From Acaryochloris marina MBIC11017 (lineage in GTDB: Bacteria > Cyanobacteriota > Cyanobacteriia > Thermosynechococcales > Thermosynechococcaceae): DNA of 32,000 bases. Location: NCBI RefSeq assembly GCF_000018105.1, contig NC_009925.1:4860001-4892000 (forward strand), in the 5' to 3' direction. Below the pieces are notes generated by a model, which was given only the letters and a program-made list of their open reading frames with translations, did not search any database and was not told the DNA's origin. The translations under genes were made by a program, and so were the position numbers. This document shows positions 20,199 to 28,906 of the stretch, one piece after another; position 1 is the stretch's first letter, and each line of letters begins with the position of its first letter.

Positions 20199-21299
20199 AT
20201 GTCAATTTCATCCGTGTTCGAACCCATTCGTCTGGGTGCGGTTGACCTCCGCAACCGCATGGTAATGGCACCGTTAACCCGAGGTCGATCAGGACCAGAT
20301 CGAGTTCCCAACGCTTTAATGGCTGAGTATTACCAGCAACGGGCGAGTGCGGGTCTGATTATTACGGAAGCGACTCAGGTCTCTGAGCAAGCGGCGGGCT
20401 GGTCTGAAACGCCAGGGATCTACTCTGAAGCCCAAATACAGGCTTGGCGCCAGGTAACAGATGCCGTCCACCAGCAAGATGGCAAGATTTTCCTGCAAAT
20501 TTGGCATACAGGACGGGCCTCTCATCCAGATTTTCAGTTGAATGGGGCACGACCGATTTCTGCCTCGGCGATTAAGCCAGCAGGTGAAGTCCATACTCCG
20601 CAGGGTAAGAAACCATTTGTCACCCCCAGAGCTGTGAGTCTGGACGAGATTCCAAGCATTGTTCAAGATTTTGCTCAGGCCACTGGCAATGCTCGAAAAG
20701 CGGGATTTGATGGGGTTGAAATCCATGGGGCTAATGGATACTTAATTGATCAGTTCCTTCGAGATGGCACCAACGAACGGCAAGATGCCTATGGGGGCAC
20801 GATCGAAAACCGTACCCGGTTTCTGTTAGAAGTTGTTGAGGCAGCGGTAGCTGTCTGGAGTGCTGATCATGTAGGCGTTCGACTTTCTCCTACGAATGCC
20901 TTTAATGACATGAGAGATAGTAATCCGATCTCAACCTTCACACATGCAGCTCAAGCCCTCAATACTTACAATTTGGCCTATCTTCATGTCCTTGAAGCCT
21001 TGCAAGGGCATATGCTGGCAGTGGAAGGCGAGCGGGTGACTCCCTATATCCGACAGGTTTTTCAAGGTCCGCTGATGATCAACGGTGGCTATGATGCAGT
21101 CAGTGGTGCGGCTGCGATCGCAAACCAAGAAGCCGATTTAGTCGCCTATGGCGTCCCGTTTATTGCTAACCCTGACTTACCGGAACGCTTTGCAAAACAA
21201 GCCCCCCTCAATGAACCCGACCCATCCACGTTCTATACCCGGGGGGCAGAAGGCTATACGGACTATCCATTTTTAGATCCACTAATAACTGCCGCATAG
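20199..21299 (+). CDS. Old Yellow Enzyme family NADH:flavin oxidoreductase / alkene reductase (NemA-like)
   Basis: 366 aa with MAPLTRGRS, GLIITEATQVS, QIWHTGRASH, GFDGVEIHGANGYLIDQFL and GVRLSP, the classic OYE TIM-barrel motifs. Confidence 0.9.
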   Translation: MSISSVFEPIRLGAVDLRNRMVMAPLTRGRSGPDRVPNALMAEYYQQRASAGLIITEATQVSEQAAGWSETPGIYSEAQIQAWRQVTDAVHQQDGKIFLQIWHTGRASHPDFQLNGARPISASAIKPAGEVHTPQGKKPFVTPRAVSLDEIPSIVQDFAQATGNARKAGFDGVEIHGANGYLIDQFLRDGTNERQDAYGGTIENRTRFLLEVVEAAVAVWSADHVGVRLSPTNAFNDMRDSNPISTFTHAAQALNTYNLAYLHVLEALQGHMLAVEGERVTPYIRQVFQGPLMINGGYDAVSGAAAIANQEADLVAYGVPFIANPDLPERFAKQAPLNEPDPSTFYTRGAEGYTDYPFLDPLITAA

Positions 21300-21333
21300 C
21301 ATTGGGCTTTTTATCCTGATACTTTCCTAGAAC

Positions 21334-21372
21334 GTCTCGTGGTTTCCCGTTGGGGCACTACGAGGCTTTTTT
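21334..21372 (+). terminator. Rho-independent terminator after the OYE gene
   Basis: GTCTCGTGG (21334..21342) pairs with CTACGAGGC (21358..21366), using 2 G-U wobbles, and inner CCC/GGG pairing extends the stem. A T6 run (21367..21372) follows. Confidence 0.6.
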
Positions 21373-21384
21373 GATCGGTGAGTT

Positions 21385-21420
21385 TGCACCTAAAAATTAA
21401 CGGTGTATTTTTTAGGTGCA
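21385..21420. terminator. Perfect 12-bp inverted repeat between convergent genes (possible terminator for the minus-strand DUF1348 gene)
   Basis: TGCACCTAAAAA (21385..21396) is the exact reverse complement of TTTTTAGGTGCA (21409..21420). It lies 19 nt beyond the stop of ORF 21439..21915. Confidence 0.4.
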
Positions 21421-21438
21421 TTGTCTAAATCGGGGCCA

Positions 21439-21915
21439 TTACAACCCTAAGTCGGATAGGCCAGGATGATCGGCAGGACGGGGGCCTAAGGGCCAGTGGA
21501 ATTTGCGATCGCCCTCCTGAATTGGCAGATCATTGATACTGGCAATACGGCGTTTCATAAGACCTAGCTCATTAAACTCCCAGTTTTCATTCCCATAGGC
21601 GCGAAACCAACTCCCCGAATCGTCATGCCATTCATAGGCAAAACGCACAGCAATTCGGTTATCGTGGGTGGCCCAGAGTTCTTTAATCAGACGATAGTCC
21701 AATTCTTTCGCCCACTTGCGCTGCAAAAAAGCCACAATTTCGGCACGACCTGAAACAAACTCAGCGCGGTTTCGCCAAACACTATCAACGCTATAGGCCA
21801 GAGATACTTTTTCAGGATTACGACCATTCCAGGCATCTTCGGCAAAGCGAACTTTAGCGGTTGCAGATTCGATATCAAAGGGAGGCAAAGGGGGTTTTGC
21901 AATATCTTCAGGCAT
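21439..21915 (-). CDS. DUF1348-family protein (NTF2/SnoaL-like fold)
   Basis: PPLPPF...[50 protein letters not shown]...[27 protein letters not shown] matches my memory of the DUF1348 family almost throughout. I chose the ATG at 21915; the track ORF starts at the TTG at 21930. Confidence 0.8.
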   Translation of the reverse strand: MPEDIAKPPLPPFDIESATAKVRFAEDAWNGRNPEKVSLAYSVDSVWRNRAEFVSGRAEIVAFLQRKWAKELDYRLIKELWATHDNRIAVRFAYEWHDDSGSWFRAYGNENWEFNELGLMKRRIASINDLPIQEGDRKFHWPLGPRPADHPGLSDLGL

Positions 21916-22280
21916 AGAAAAACGATTCAAAGTAGAAAAACAATGAGCCTGGAGGGTTGGCTGGATTGCGGATTAGCCAAACCTAGAGCCACACTCAGTC
22001 CCCAAGGATAGGGAGTTCTGTTCCCTTAAAGGGTAGTCTATGATTCAAAATGCGATTTCCGAGGTAACATGGGCCGACATTTTACGCCTTAAGTCGTATT
22101 GAATTTTCTCAAGGGGCGTCTTTGAATAGAGGGGTTTAGTCTAGAACGCTTCAGCCAGTAAAGTCTCCGCTATCAGTGCTGAGTCGTTGAGACCCATAAA
22201 CCAACCCACTATCCGGGAGACAAGCGTTATCGTCTTTAGAGAAGTGGCGATCAGCAAATGGATTGTTTTGGCTAGCCACC

Positions 22281-23537
22281 ATGGCTTTCTCTCAAAGTAG
22301 AAGACAGTGTTTATCCATCATCCTGCTCATGGCCTTGGGATGGCTACCTGGATGTCAACTGCCTCGCCAGACTATACCTAATGAGGGAGCTTCGGGTAGC
22401 ACGATTACCTTCGGTTCAGTCTTGGCTTTAGCTGGACAAGAAGAGGGGCTGGGCAATCGTATGAAGATCGGTTTAGAAACAGCCTTGAAGGATCAAAAAG
22501 TGAAAGGGCGATCCATTCGTCTGATCTTCAAAAACGACTATTACGAACCGGCTAGCACTCGACAAGCCACCCAAGAAATCATCCAAGACCAGATCTTTTT
22601 AATGATTGGCAATGTGGGGACACCGACGGCAAAAGTATCTCTCCCCATCCTGGCAGAACAGAACATTCCTGCGGTCGGTTTTTTCACCGGCTCGGGAATT
22701 TTGAGACCCGGCAAAGGCCCCATCGTCAACTATCGTGCCAGCTATGCGCAAGAAATTAAGGCGGTGGTTCAACTGGCAATTCGCAATGGAGTAACGCCTG
22801 AACAAATCTGTGCCTATGTCCAGAATGACAGCTATGGCATGTCTGGTTTAGCAGGGTTAAAGTCAGCCCTCATCGCGGCAAAGGGCGATGCAGCGATTAT
22901 TCAATCCTTTGAAAAGATCCTCACCATGGCAGGGGATAATCCCCAACGTAATCATATTGGCCCTGTTGGGGTCTATGCGCGCAACACGCCGAATGTAGTC
23001 CCTGGTTATCAGTCCATCAAAGCCTGGGAAAAAACCAGTGGCGTCAAGTGCCGCCTCATCGTCACAGTCGGCTCCTACAGTAACATTGCTCGCTTTGCCA
23101 GCCACCTTCAACAGCAAGGTGAAAAAAGGATTATCTCAGCAGTTTCCTTTACCGGAGGCGATGATTTTATGCTCGATTTAGAAGAGTATGGCATTCGCGA
23201 CCGCGTGATCATGACTCACGTCGCTCCTCTCCTGGATTCCAACCTGCCCATCGTTCAAGAAGCGAGAACGAAACTGGAGAATGAATTTGGCCATGTCTCC
23301 TTAGAAGGGTACATTGTGGGCAAAATGACTCTGCGTATCTTAAAAGATATTCCAGGAGAAATCACACGCGAAAGTTTTATGCAGCAAGTTGCCCGTTCTC
23401 AGTTTGATTTAGGAGGCGTCACGATTAATTTTGTTGAGAACCATAACCAAGGGTCAAATTTAGTGATCTTGAGCTACTTAACCCCTGAAGGATTCAGAAC
23501 TTTAGACGCTGCAACCTTCAAAGCAATGCTCCAATAA
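22281..23537 (+). CDS. Periplasmic-binding-fold type 1 lipoprotein (LivK / branched-chain amino-acid-binding family), orphan
   Basis: Signal peptide with a lipobox-like LPGC, followed by FGSVLALAG...G.....G...A......V.G..I.L...D....P......A..L......F...G.VGTP, which is typical of the Leu/Ile/Val-binding family. ATG at 22281. There are no permease or ATPase genes nearby. Confidence 0.75.
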   Translation: MAFSQSRRQCLSIILLMALGWLPGCQLPRQTIPNEGASGSTITFGSVLALAGQEEGLGNRMKIGLETALKDQKVKGRSIRLIFKNDYYEPASTRQATQEIIQDQIFLMIGNVGTPTAKVSLPILAEQNIPAVGFFTGSGILRPGKGPIVNYRASYAQEIKAVVQLAIRNGVTPEQICAYVQNDSYGMSGLAGLKSALIAAKGDAAIIQSFEKILTMAGDNPQRNHIGPVGVYARNTPNVVPGYQSIKAWEKTSGVKCRLIVTVGSYSNIARFASHLQQQGEKRIISAVSFTGGDDFMLDLEEYGIRDRVIMTHVAPLLDSNLPIVQEARTKLENEFGHVSLEGYIVGKMTLRILKDIPGEITRESFMQQVARSQFDLGGVTINFVENHNQGSNLVILSYLTPEGFRTLDAATFKAMLQ

Positions 23538-23576
23538 CAGGAGGTTAAGTGTGCATCCTACTAGACAGTGACGTTG

Positions 23577-25685
23577 ATGAGTAAAACACCCCCAGGAGAG
23601 GACCCCCATCCCCACTATCCAAAGCCAGAGCTGAATCCAACGCTTCTAGAAGAGAACGAGGGTCAGCCCTTGGTAGAGAGCTTTCAGCGAGTTAATTTAA
23701 TCTCCGAAGATTACCTGCGGTTAGCCGTCATTCAACAGGAAGCTAGCCAATTTCAGCTTTCTTTAGCCACCTATATTCATCAACTCGAACAATATAATCA
23801 GGCGCAACAGTCTACTAGCCCTCCCAAACCCCCTCTCCTCAAGCCGTTTTCGATTCTGGATGCCAAGGTAAGTGATTTTGTTGCTTGGCTTGAAATGATT
23901 TCGATCATCAAGCTGGCAACGGTCCTGGGGGAAGCAGCTATTCTCATTGCTTTTATTTCCTATCTTTTCTCTATCCCTTACCAACAGCAAAAGAAGATAG
24001 AAGATGCGCGGAATGTTCTAGTCGATCAAAAGGGGCAACAACATAGTGATGGCAGAATAGCGGCCCTCAAAACCCTCGATTCACTCTGCGCGAGTAATGC
24101 TGGCCTGCAGGCCCCCAAAGCCCAAATGGTTAAAATTCAACTGAATCAATGCCATAAACCCTCGGTCAGTTTCCGTAGTATTCAGCAATGGCCTTTCAAA
24201 TTTTTCGAGCATCAAGGGATTGATTTATCCCATGCCAACTTAGAACAAGCCAATCTTGCCCATGCCAATCTCGAAAAAGCTAACTTAAAGGGCAGTAATT
24301 TAAAGGGAATCAACCTGAGTGAAGCTAATCTACAGGGCGCAAATCTGCAAGGGGCCAATTTAGAGGGAGCCAACCTGGAAGGAGCCAACCTGCAAGGGGC
24401 TAACTTTACGGATGCAGTATTGCATAAAAGCTTACTCAATAATGCCAACTTCACGAAGGCCAATCTAACCCGGGCAAAAATGCACCAGGTTCAAGGAATA
24501 TGGACCAAATTCAACCATGCAATCCTCCATCGTACTGATTTATACCAAGCCAACTTGAATCGTTCCATCCTCAAGGGGAGCGATTTGTACAAAGCCAACT
24601 TGGAGAATAGCTCCCTCCAATCGGTAGATTTTTTAGACGATGCCAACTTGCGATCGACGAACTTAAGAAATGCCGATCTCTCTAAAGCTAGCTTTTGGGC
24701 ACTCCATCAACTCAAACGGGCCAAGCACTGGCAGTCTGCCATCAAAAGTCCAAATTGGATGCAAACCATTGCCCGTCCTCGCTCACCTCGCTTACGAATT
24801 GGCCTGATCAAATCAGCCGATAGCACGATCTTTAAAGCCTATGAATTGGGGATGCGGCGGGCTGCCAATCGGCGGGTAGAAATTTGGAGTTTGCTATCCC
24901 CCTCCGGGGTTCAAAATGAAGCCCAAACTATTCAGGAACTGATTGATTCCGGGATTGATGCCATTGTGTTGTCTCCAGAGGATCCATTAGGGTCTATCCC
25001 AGCTCTTGAAAAGGCTTATCAAGCGGGCGTGGTGGTGATCACAGTGGATTTTTGCTTCGATAAAGAAACCGCAAAAGATATGGTGTTTGCCTGTTTCAAC
25101 ACCAATAGCTTAAAGATGGGAGCCGATTCGGCAGAACACCTCACCCAATGGGCGGCGACCCATCTCCAGGATCAGCCTTTAAATATTGGTGTGGTGGATA
25201 GTGCGGAATATGAACGGTATTATCCCAACTATCAAGGCTTCCTCAACGGCATGGCGGCTTCCGACGTTACCTGGAAAGAAGTTTCGTCCGTAGATGCAAT
25301 TACTCAAGCTGACATCGCTCACATTAAAGAAATGCTATCGGAGAATCCTCAGATCAATATCCTATGGGGGGGATCCAACTTGGCCACAGAACTGTCTGTG
25401 GCAGCAGTGGAAGACTTAGGATTGCAAGCAAAAGTCAAAGTTTTTGGCATTCTAGATTTATCAAAAGACAAGGCTCGAATGCTGTTAGATCCCAACAGTC
25501 CTCTACAATCAATCATCGATCAGGCAGGCGTCAAAATCGGCTACAAAGCCGTCCATACCGCTGTGGAAGTTTTAAGACACAAAAAAACTCAGTACACTGA
25601 ATATCCGATAGACCACCGGCTATTGACCCAGACCGATAAAGCGGCTGTCAAAGAGCTATTAACTGAAGCCAATAGCATTCAGTAA
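23577..25685 (+). CDS. Membrane-anchored pentapeptide-repeat protein fused to a sugar-binding-type periplasmic-binding-fold (PBP1, RbsB/LacI-like) domain
   Basis: The N-terminal ~110 aa are hydrophilic. One TM helix follows (IIKLATVLGEAAILIAFISYLF). Then come about 160 aa of A(N/D)LxG-type pentapeptide repeats. The C-terminal ~300 aa have a PBP1 layout (RIGLIKS..., GIDAIVLSPEDP, AGVVVITVD, NILWGGSN). ATG at 23577; the ORF track opens at the GTG at 23568. Confidence 0.8.
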   Translation: MSKTPPGEDPHPHYPKPELNPTLLEENEGQPLVESFQRVNLISEDYLRLAVIQQEASQFQLSLATYIHQLEQYNQAQQSTSPPKPPLLKPFSILDAKVSDFVAWLEMISIIKLATVLGEAAILIAFISYLFSIPYQQQKKIEDARNVLVDQKGQQHSDGRIAALKTLDSLCASNAGLQAPKAQMVKIQLNQCHKPSVSFRSIQQWPFKFFEHQGIDLSHANLEQANLAHANLEKANLKGSNLKGINLSEANLQGANLQGANLEGANLEGANLQGANFTDAVLHKSLLNNANFTKANLTRAKMHQVQGIWTKFNHAILHRTDLYQANLNRSILKGSDLYKANLENSSLQSVDFLDDANLRSTNLRNADLSKASFWALHQLKRAKHWQSAIKSPNWMQTIARPRSPRLRIGLIKSADSTIFKAYELGMRRAANRRVEIWSLLSPSGVQNEAQTIQELIDSGIDAIVLSPEDPLGSIPALEKAYQAGVVVITVDFCFDKETAKDMVFACFNTNSLKMGADSAEHLTQWAATHLQDQPLNIGVVDSAEYERYYPNYQGFLNGMAASDVTWKEVSSVDAITQADIAHIKEMLSENPQINILWGGSNLATELSVAAVEDLGLQAKVKVFGILDLSKDKARMLLDPNSPLQSIIDQAGVKIGYKAVHTAVEVLRHKKTQYTEYPIDHRLLTQTDKAAVKELLTEANSIQ
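24216..24700 (+). repeat. 15-nt periodic coding repeat (pentapeptide repeats)
   Basis: The most regular stretch is 24318..24405: GCTAATCTACAGGGC GCAAATCTGCAAGGG GCCAATTTAGAGGGA GCCAACCTGGAAGGA GCCAACCTGCAAGGG. It is in frame and encodes ANLQG/ANLEG. Confidence 0.9.
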
Positions 25686-25715
25686 CCCCATTTATGGGCC
25701 TCATTCTCAGATGAC

Positions 25716-27635
25716 CTAACTCTTTTGTTGCAACATGGCCTGGTACCTGCCCAAAGCCGTTAAGGGAAAATGCTGCTGGTAAAGGTGATATTTCAGATAG
25801 AAATGGCCGGGAAAACCAGTCCCTGTGAAATAGTCTTCATCCCAAGTGCCATCCATCTTTTGCGTCGTCGTGAGGTAATTCACGCCCCGCTCAATTGCAG
25901 CCTCGGCATAGACAGAGGTCGCTTCCCCCGCCGACAATAGCCCCATAATAGCCCAAGCCGTTTGGGAGGCTGTGCTAGGACCTTGGCCTTTAAGCTTAGG
26001 GTTATCGTAGCTGGCACAAGTCTCGCCCCAACCCCCATCCGTATTTTGGCAACTTACTAACCAAGCTGCTGCTTGCTGAATTTGGGATTGCCAGCCCTGG
26101 GGATCGATCAAGGCTAGAGCAGCCAGTACGCCACTCGTGCCGTAAATATAATTAACCCCCCAGCGTCCAAACCAGCACCCCTCCGGTTCTTGCTCAGTTC
26201 GCAAATATCGAAGGGCTCGATCCACACTGTTTTTCCCTGTTGTTTGATGGCAACGACCGATCATTTCTAACACTCGGGCCGTGACATCGGCAGTATTGGG
26301 GTCAATCATGGCTTTCAGATCCCCGTAGGGCAAGGCGTTCAGCCAGTCTTGATCATTATTGATATCAAAGGCAGCCCACCCTCCAGGACGGCATTGCATC
26401 GTGGCAATCCAGTTAACGGCTCTGGCAATGGCTGCATCCTTAGCCTGCTCGTCCGGTAGCTGGACTTCGTTTAAGGCCATGACCACAACGGCGGTATCAT
26501 CCACATCGGGATAAAAGCGATTGTCAAACTCAAAGGCCCAGCCCCCAGGTAAACCCCCTGGATTTTTCACGGACCAATCTCCGTAATCTAGGATTTGCTT
26601 ATTCAGCAGCCATTCTCCCGCTTTCACTAGGGCAGGATGATCGGGCGCTAACCCGGACTCAGCCAGCCCTCGCACGACCAAGGCCGTATCCCATACAGGA
26701 GAGATACAGGGTTGAATCCAATATTGGTCTTCGGTTTCGAGGGCAAAGGCATCCAGAGCTGCCATGCCCCGTTCAATAATCGGATCGTGGACATCATAGT
26801 CCAGGGCCTTAAGACCCAAAAGAGAATTGAGCATGGCCGGGATAATCCCTCCCCAATCCCCCGTTGCTTCTTGACGTTCCAAAATCCAACGTTCAGCAGC
26901 GCGAATTCCTTCTTCTCGAAAGGGGACAAGATTGGTCGATTCAGCAAATTTGAATAGGCCATCTAAATAGATAAAGGCATCGGTCCATTCGTTGCTGAGG
27001 GGCAGATCAAACTGGGCGCGATGGCGGCCTTCTACATAGAGTTCATCCAAGTTGAACCCAGCTTCCACGGCATAGACTGGCTCCCGATCCATCACGATCA
27101 GCAAGGGGACGGTGCTGCCCCTGGCCCAACTCGACATCTCATAAATGGTGAAAGGAAACTGTTCGGGCAACAACATCACCCAGGGCGGAAGAGAGGGAAT
27201 CCCTCGCCATTCATAGCAGCCAATCAGGGCTAAATGCAGCTTGGTAAACACGCGGGTGCGGCTAATTCCCCCATGCTCCAAAATAAACTGCCGTGCCCGC
27301 ACCATGGCCGGATCTTCCATGGGCACGCCTAAGAGCTTCAGGGCCATGTAGGCTTCGACAGAGACGCTGATTTCTCCCCCGTCGTCGAAGTAGAGTTCCC
27401 AGCCACCGTGGTCTCGCTGTTGCGATCGCAAATATGTTTCCACCTTCTCCAAGGGCCGACTACGATCTGTTCCCCAAATCTTGTGCAGCAGCACCACTTC
27501 AGAAGTAATCGAAACATTGGATTCAAGCTCTGCCCACCAATAGCCCGTCTCGTCTTGTTGGGTGAGCAGATAGCTTTGCGAAGCTGCGATCGCAGCTTCA
27601 AGGGTTTTGGGATTCACTCTGTCTCGAACAGCCAT
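25716..27635 (-). CDS. shc: Squalene-hopene cyclase
   Basis: 639 aa with the catalytic DVDDTA (DxDD) motif and multiple QW repeats (QQDETGYW, QQRDHGGW, QEATGDWGG, QCRPGGWA, QEPEGCWFGRWG, QNTDGGWGE, QKMDGTW). Confidence 0.95.
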   Translation of the reverse strand: MAVRDRVNPKTLEAAIAASQSYLLTQQDETGYWWAELESNVSITSEVVLLHKIWGTDRSRPLEKVETYLRSQQRDHGGWELYFDDGGEISVSVEAYMALKLLGVPMEDPAMVRARQFILEHGGISRTRVFTKLHLALIGCYEWRGIPSLPPWVMLLPEQFPFTIYEMSSWARGSTVPLLIVMDREPVYAVEAGFNLDELYVEGRHRAQFDLPLSNEWTDAFIYLDGLFKFAESTNLVPFREEGIRAAERWILERQEATGDWGGIIPAMLNSLLGLKALDYDVHDPIIERGMAALDAFALETEDQYWIQPCISPVWDTALVVRGLAESGLAPDHPALVKAGEWLLNKQILDYGDWSVKNPGGLPGGWAFEFDNRFYPDVDDTAVVVMALNEVQLPDEQAKDAAIARAVNWIATMQCRPGGWAAFDINNDQDWLNALPYGDLKAMIDPNTADVTARVLEMIGRCHQTTGKNSVDRALRYLRTEQEPEGCWFGRWGVNYIYGTSGVLAALALIDPQGWQSQIQQAAAWLVSCQNTDGGWGETCASYDNPKLKGQGPSTASQTAWAIMGLLSAGEATSVYAEAAIERGVNYLTTTQKMDGTWDEDYFTGTGFPGHFYLKYHLYQQHFPLTALGRYQAMLQQKS

Positions 27636-27955
27636 AGCGCTTAAAACTCAGTCAATTGTGACGACGGTCGATTCATCTTACCGGATTCCGCAAAGGTACA
27701 GCACGATGGTGGTTCCACTCTCCTATCTGGAACACATTCTTGGGGGAAGGAGTCTATTTAAATAACCGTTTCCCCACTCACATCTCCCAAAACCCTGTAC
27801 TCAAGCGATCGCCTTCCGACATTCTCCCTTCAATCCGTGAAGCGGTCAGGATATCGCTTGGGTATGATGAGGGAGTGCTTAGTGTCTGGAACATTTTGCA
27901 AGCTCCCCTTGAACCGTTCTGCACCCAACATTTTGAGAGGCCCAGCTGACTAACA

Positions 27956-28822
27956 ATGTCTAAATATTGTTCTACCCCTGCAACACGGATCGCGACCTTA
28001 GCAGTGGGAGGCTTAGTGGGAGTTCTATGGTCTGCCTTACCGAGCCATGCTGGATTTAAGCCACCTGGAGATCTATCAAAACCTGGTAATCGTCGAGGGC
28101 TAGCGACACGAGCCGTCGAGCCCAGGAAAGGGCCATTAAACGAAAGTACACCTCGACGACCTTCCCGAGTGGTTCCGATTCCGTTACCCAGACCGGATGC
28201 ACCCCCCATCTGGGAATTACCGGATGACCCTGCCATTTCGCCAGAACCGGGCCAACCCAAAACCTGTACGACCAGTGGTCGCCCCACTCTCACCACATTG
28301 GTGCCCAAAAGCAATATAGGCTTCAGTGCAACAGCTTATCCCACCTTTTATTGGTTTACTCCCACCCATAGTTACCGGATTGTTCAGTTCAGTTTGTACG
28401 AGGTGGGGGCTAACGGTCGCTCTAAGAAAGAAGTCTATTCCACGACTTTCCAGGCTTCAGGCCAAGCAGGGCTATCCAGAATTGCGATTCCTGATCAAGC
28501 CTCCACCCTCGCCTTAAAACCCAAGACAGATTATCAATGGGTCGTGGGACTCTTCTGTACCCGTAAAGGCCGAAATGGCATCATCGCCAATGGTTGGATT
28601 CGCTATGTACCGCCGACACCAGAAGTGGCTAAAAAGGTCTCAAAATCTAAACTCAGGGACCAAGCTGATGCCTTTGCTGAAGCGGGCTATTGGTATGACG
28701 CGGTGCAGGCCTTAGCTGCCGCACGCCGGGAGAAACCTGAGGATAAACGTCTCAGTAAGATATGGAAAACACTATTTGAAGCAGATGCCGTTCAACTGTC
28801 GGGGATTGCTGCTCAGAAATAG
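27956..28822 (+). CDS. DUF928-domain secreted protein
   Basis: Signal peptide, then a basic/Pro-rich low-complexity region (PPGDLSKPGNRRG...). The conserved core follows: L.ALVP..N.G.T....PTFYWF.P......V.F.L.E, then DYQW.VGL.C. The tail is TPR-like. These features match my recollection of cyanobacterial DUF928. Confidence 0.65.
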   Translation: MSKYCSTPATRIATLAVGGLVGVLWSALPSHAGFKPPGDLSKPGNRRGLATRAVEPRKGPLNESTPRRPSRVVPIPLPRPDAPPIWELPDDPAISPEPGQPKTCTTSGRPTLTTLVPKSNIGFSATAYPTFYWFTPTHSYRIVQFSLYEVGANGRSKKEVYSTTFQASGQAGLSRIAIPDQASTLALKPKTDYQWVVGLFCTRKGRNGIIANGWIRYVPPTPEVAKKVSKSKLRDQADAFAEAGYWYDAVQALAAARREKPEDKRLSKIWKTLFEADAVQLSGIAAQK

Positions 28823-28906
28823 CCCAGTTCCAATAACATCTAGAGCATTGTCTAGGTGCATCCCTATGTTCTCAAGGGCAGTACGGAGGACTGGCATAGC
28901 GCTCTC

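Noticed and set aside
21954-21983. Imperfect hairpin GGTTGGCT...AGCCAAACC in the 350-bp region between DUF1348 and the LivK-like gene
   Set aside because: The stem needs a bulge and has no flanking U-run or recognisable riboswitch core. That is not enough evidence for a regulatory RNA.
24212-24463. 83-aa minus-strand ORF with a striking LAPCRLAPSRLAPSKLAP repeat
   Set aside because: It is a mirror artefact of the 15-nt periodic pentapeptide-repeat coding sequence on the plus strand.
24216-24700. Regular short-period DNA repeats that could be mistaken for a CRISPR or VNTR array
   Set aside because: The period is 15 nt, there are no spacers, and the repeats are in frame and encode A(N/D)LxG pentapeptide repeats within a 2.1-kb ORF.
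27778-28314. 178-aa minus-strand ORF overlapping the start of the DUF928 gene
   Set aside because: It is a low-complexity Gly/Arg/Pro-rich translation antisense to a Pro/Arg-rich coding segment. It has no recognisable domain. The plus-strand ORF has a signal peptide and the family core.
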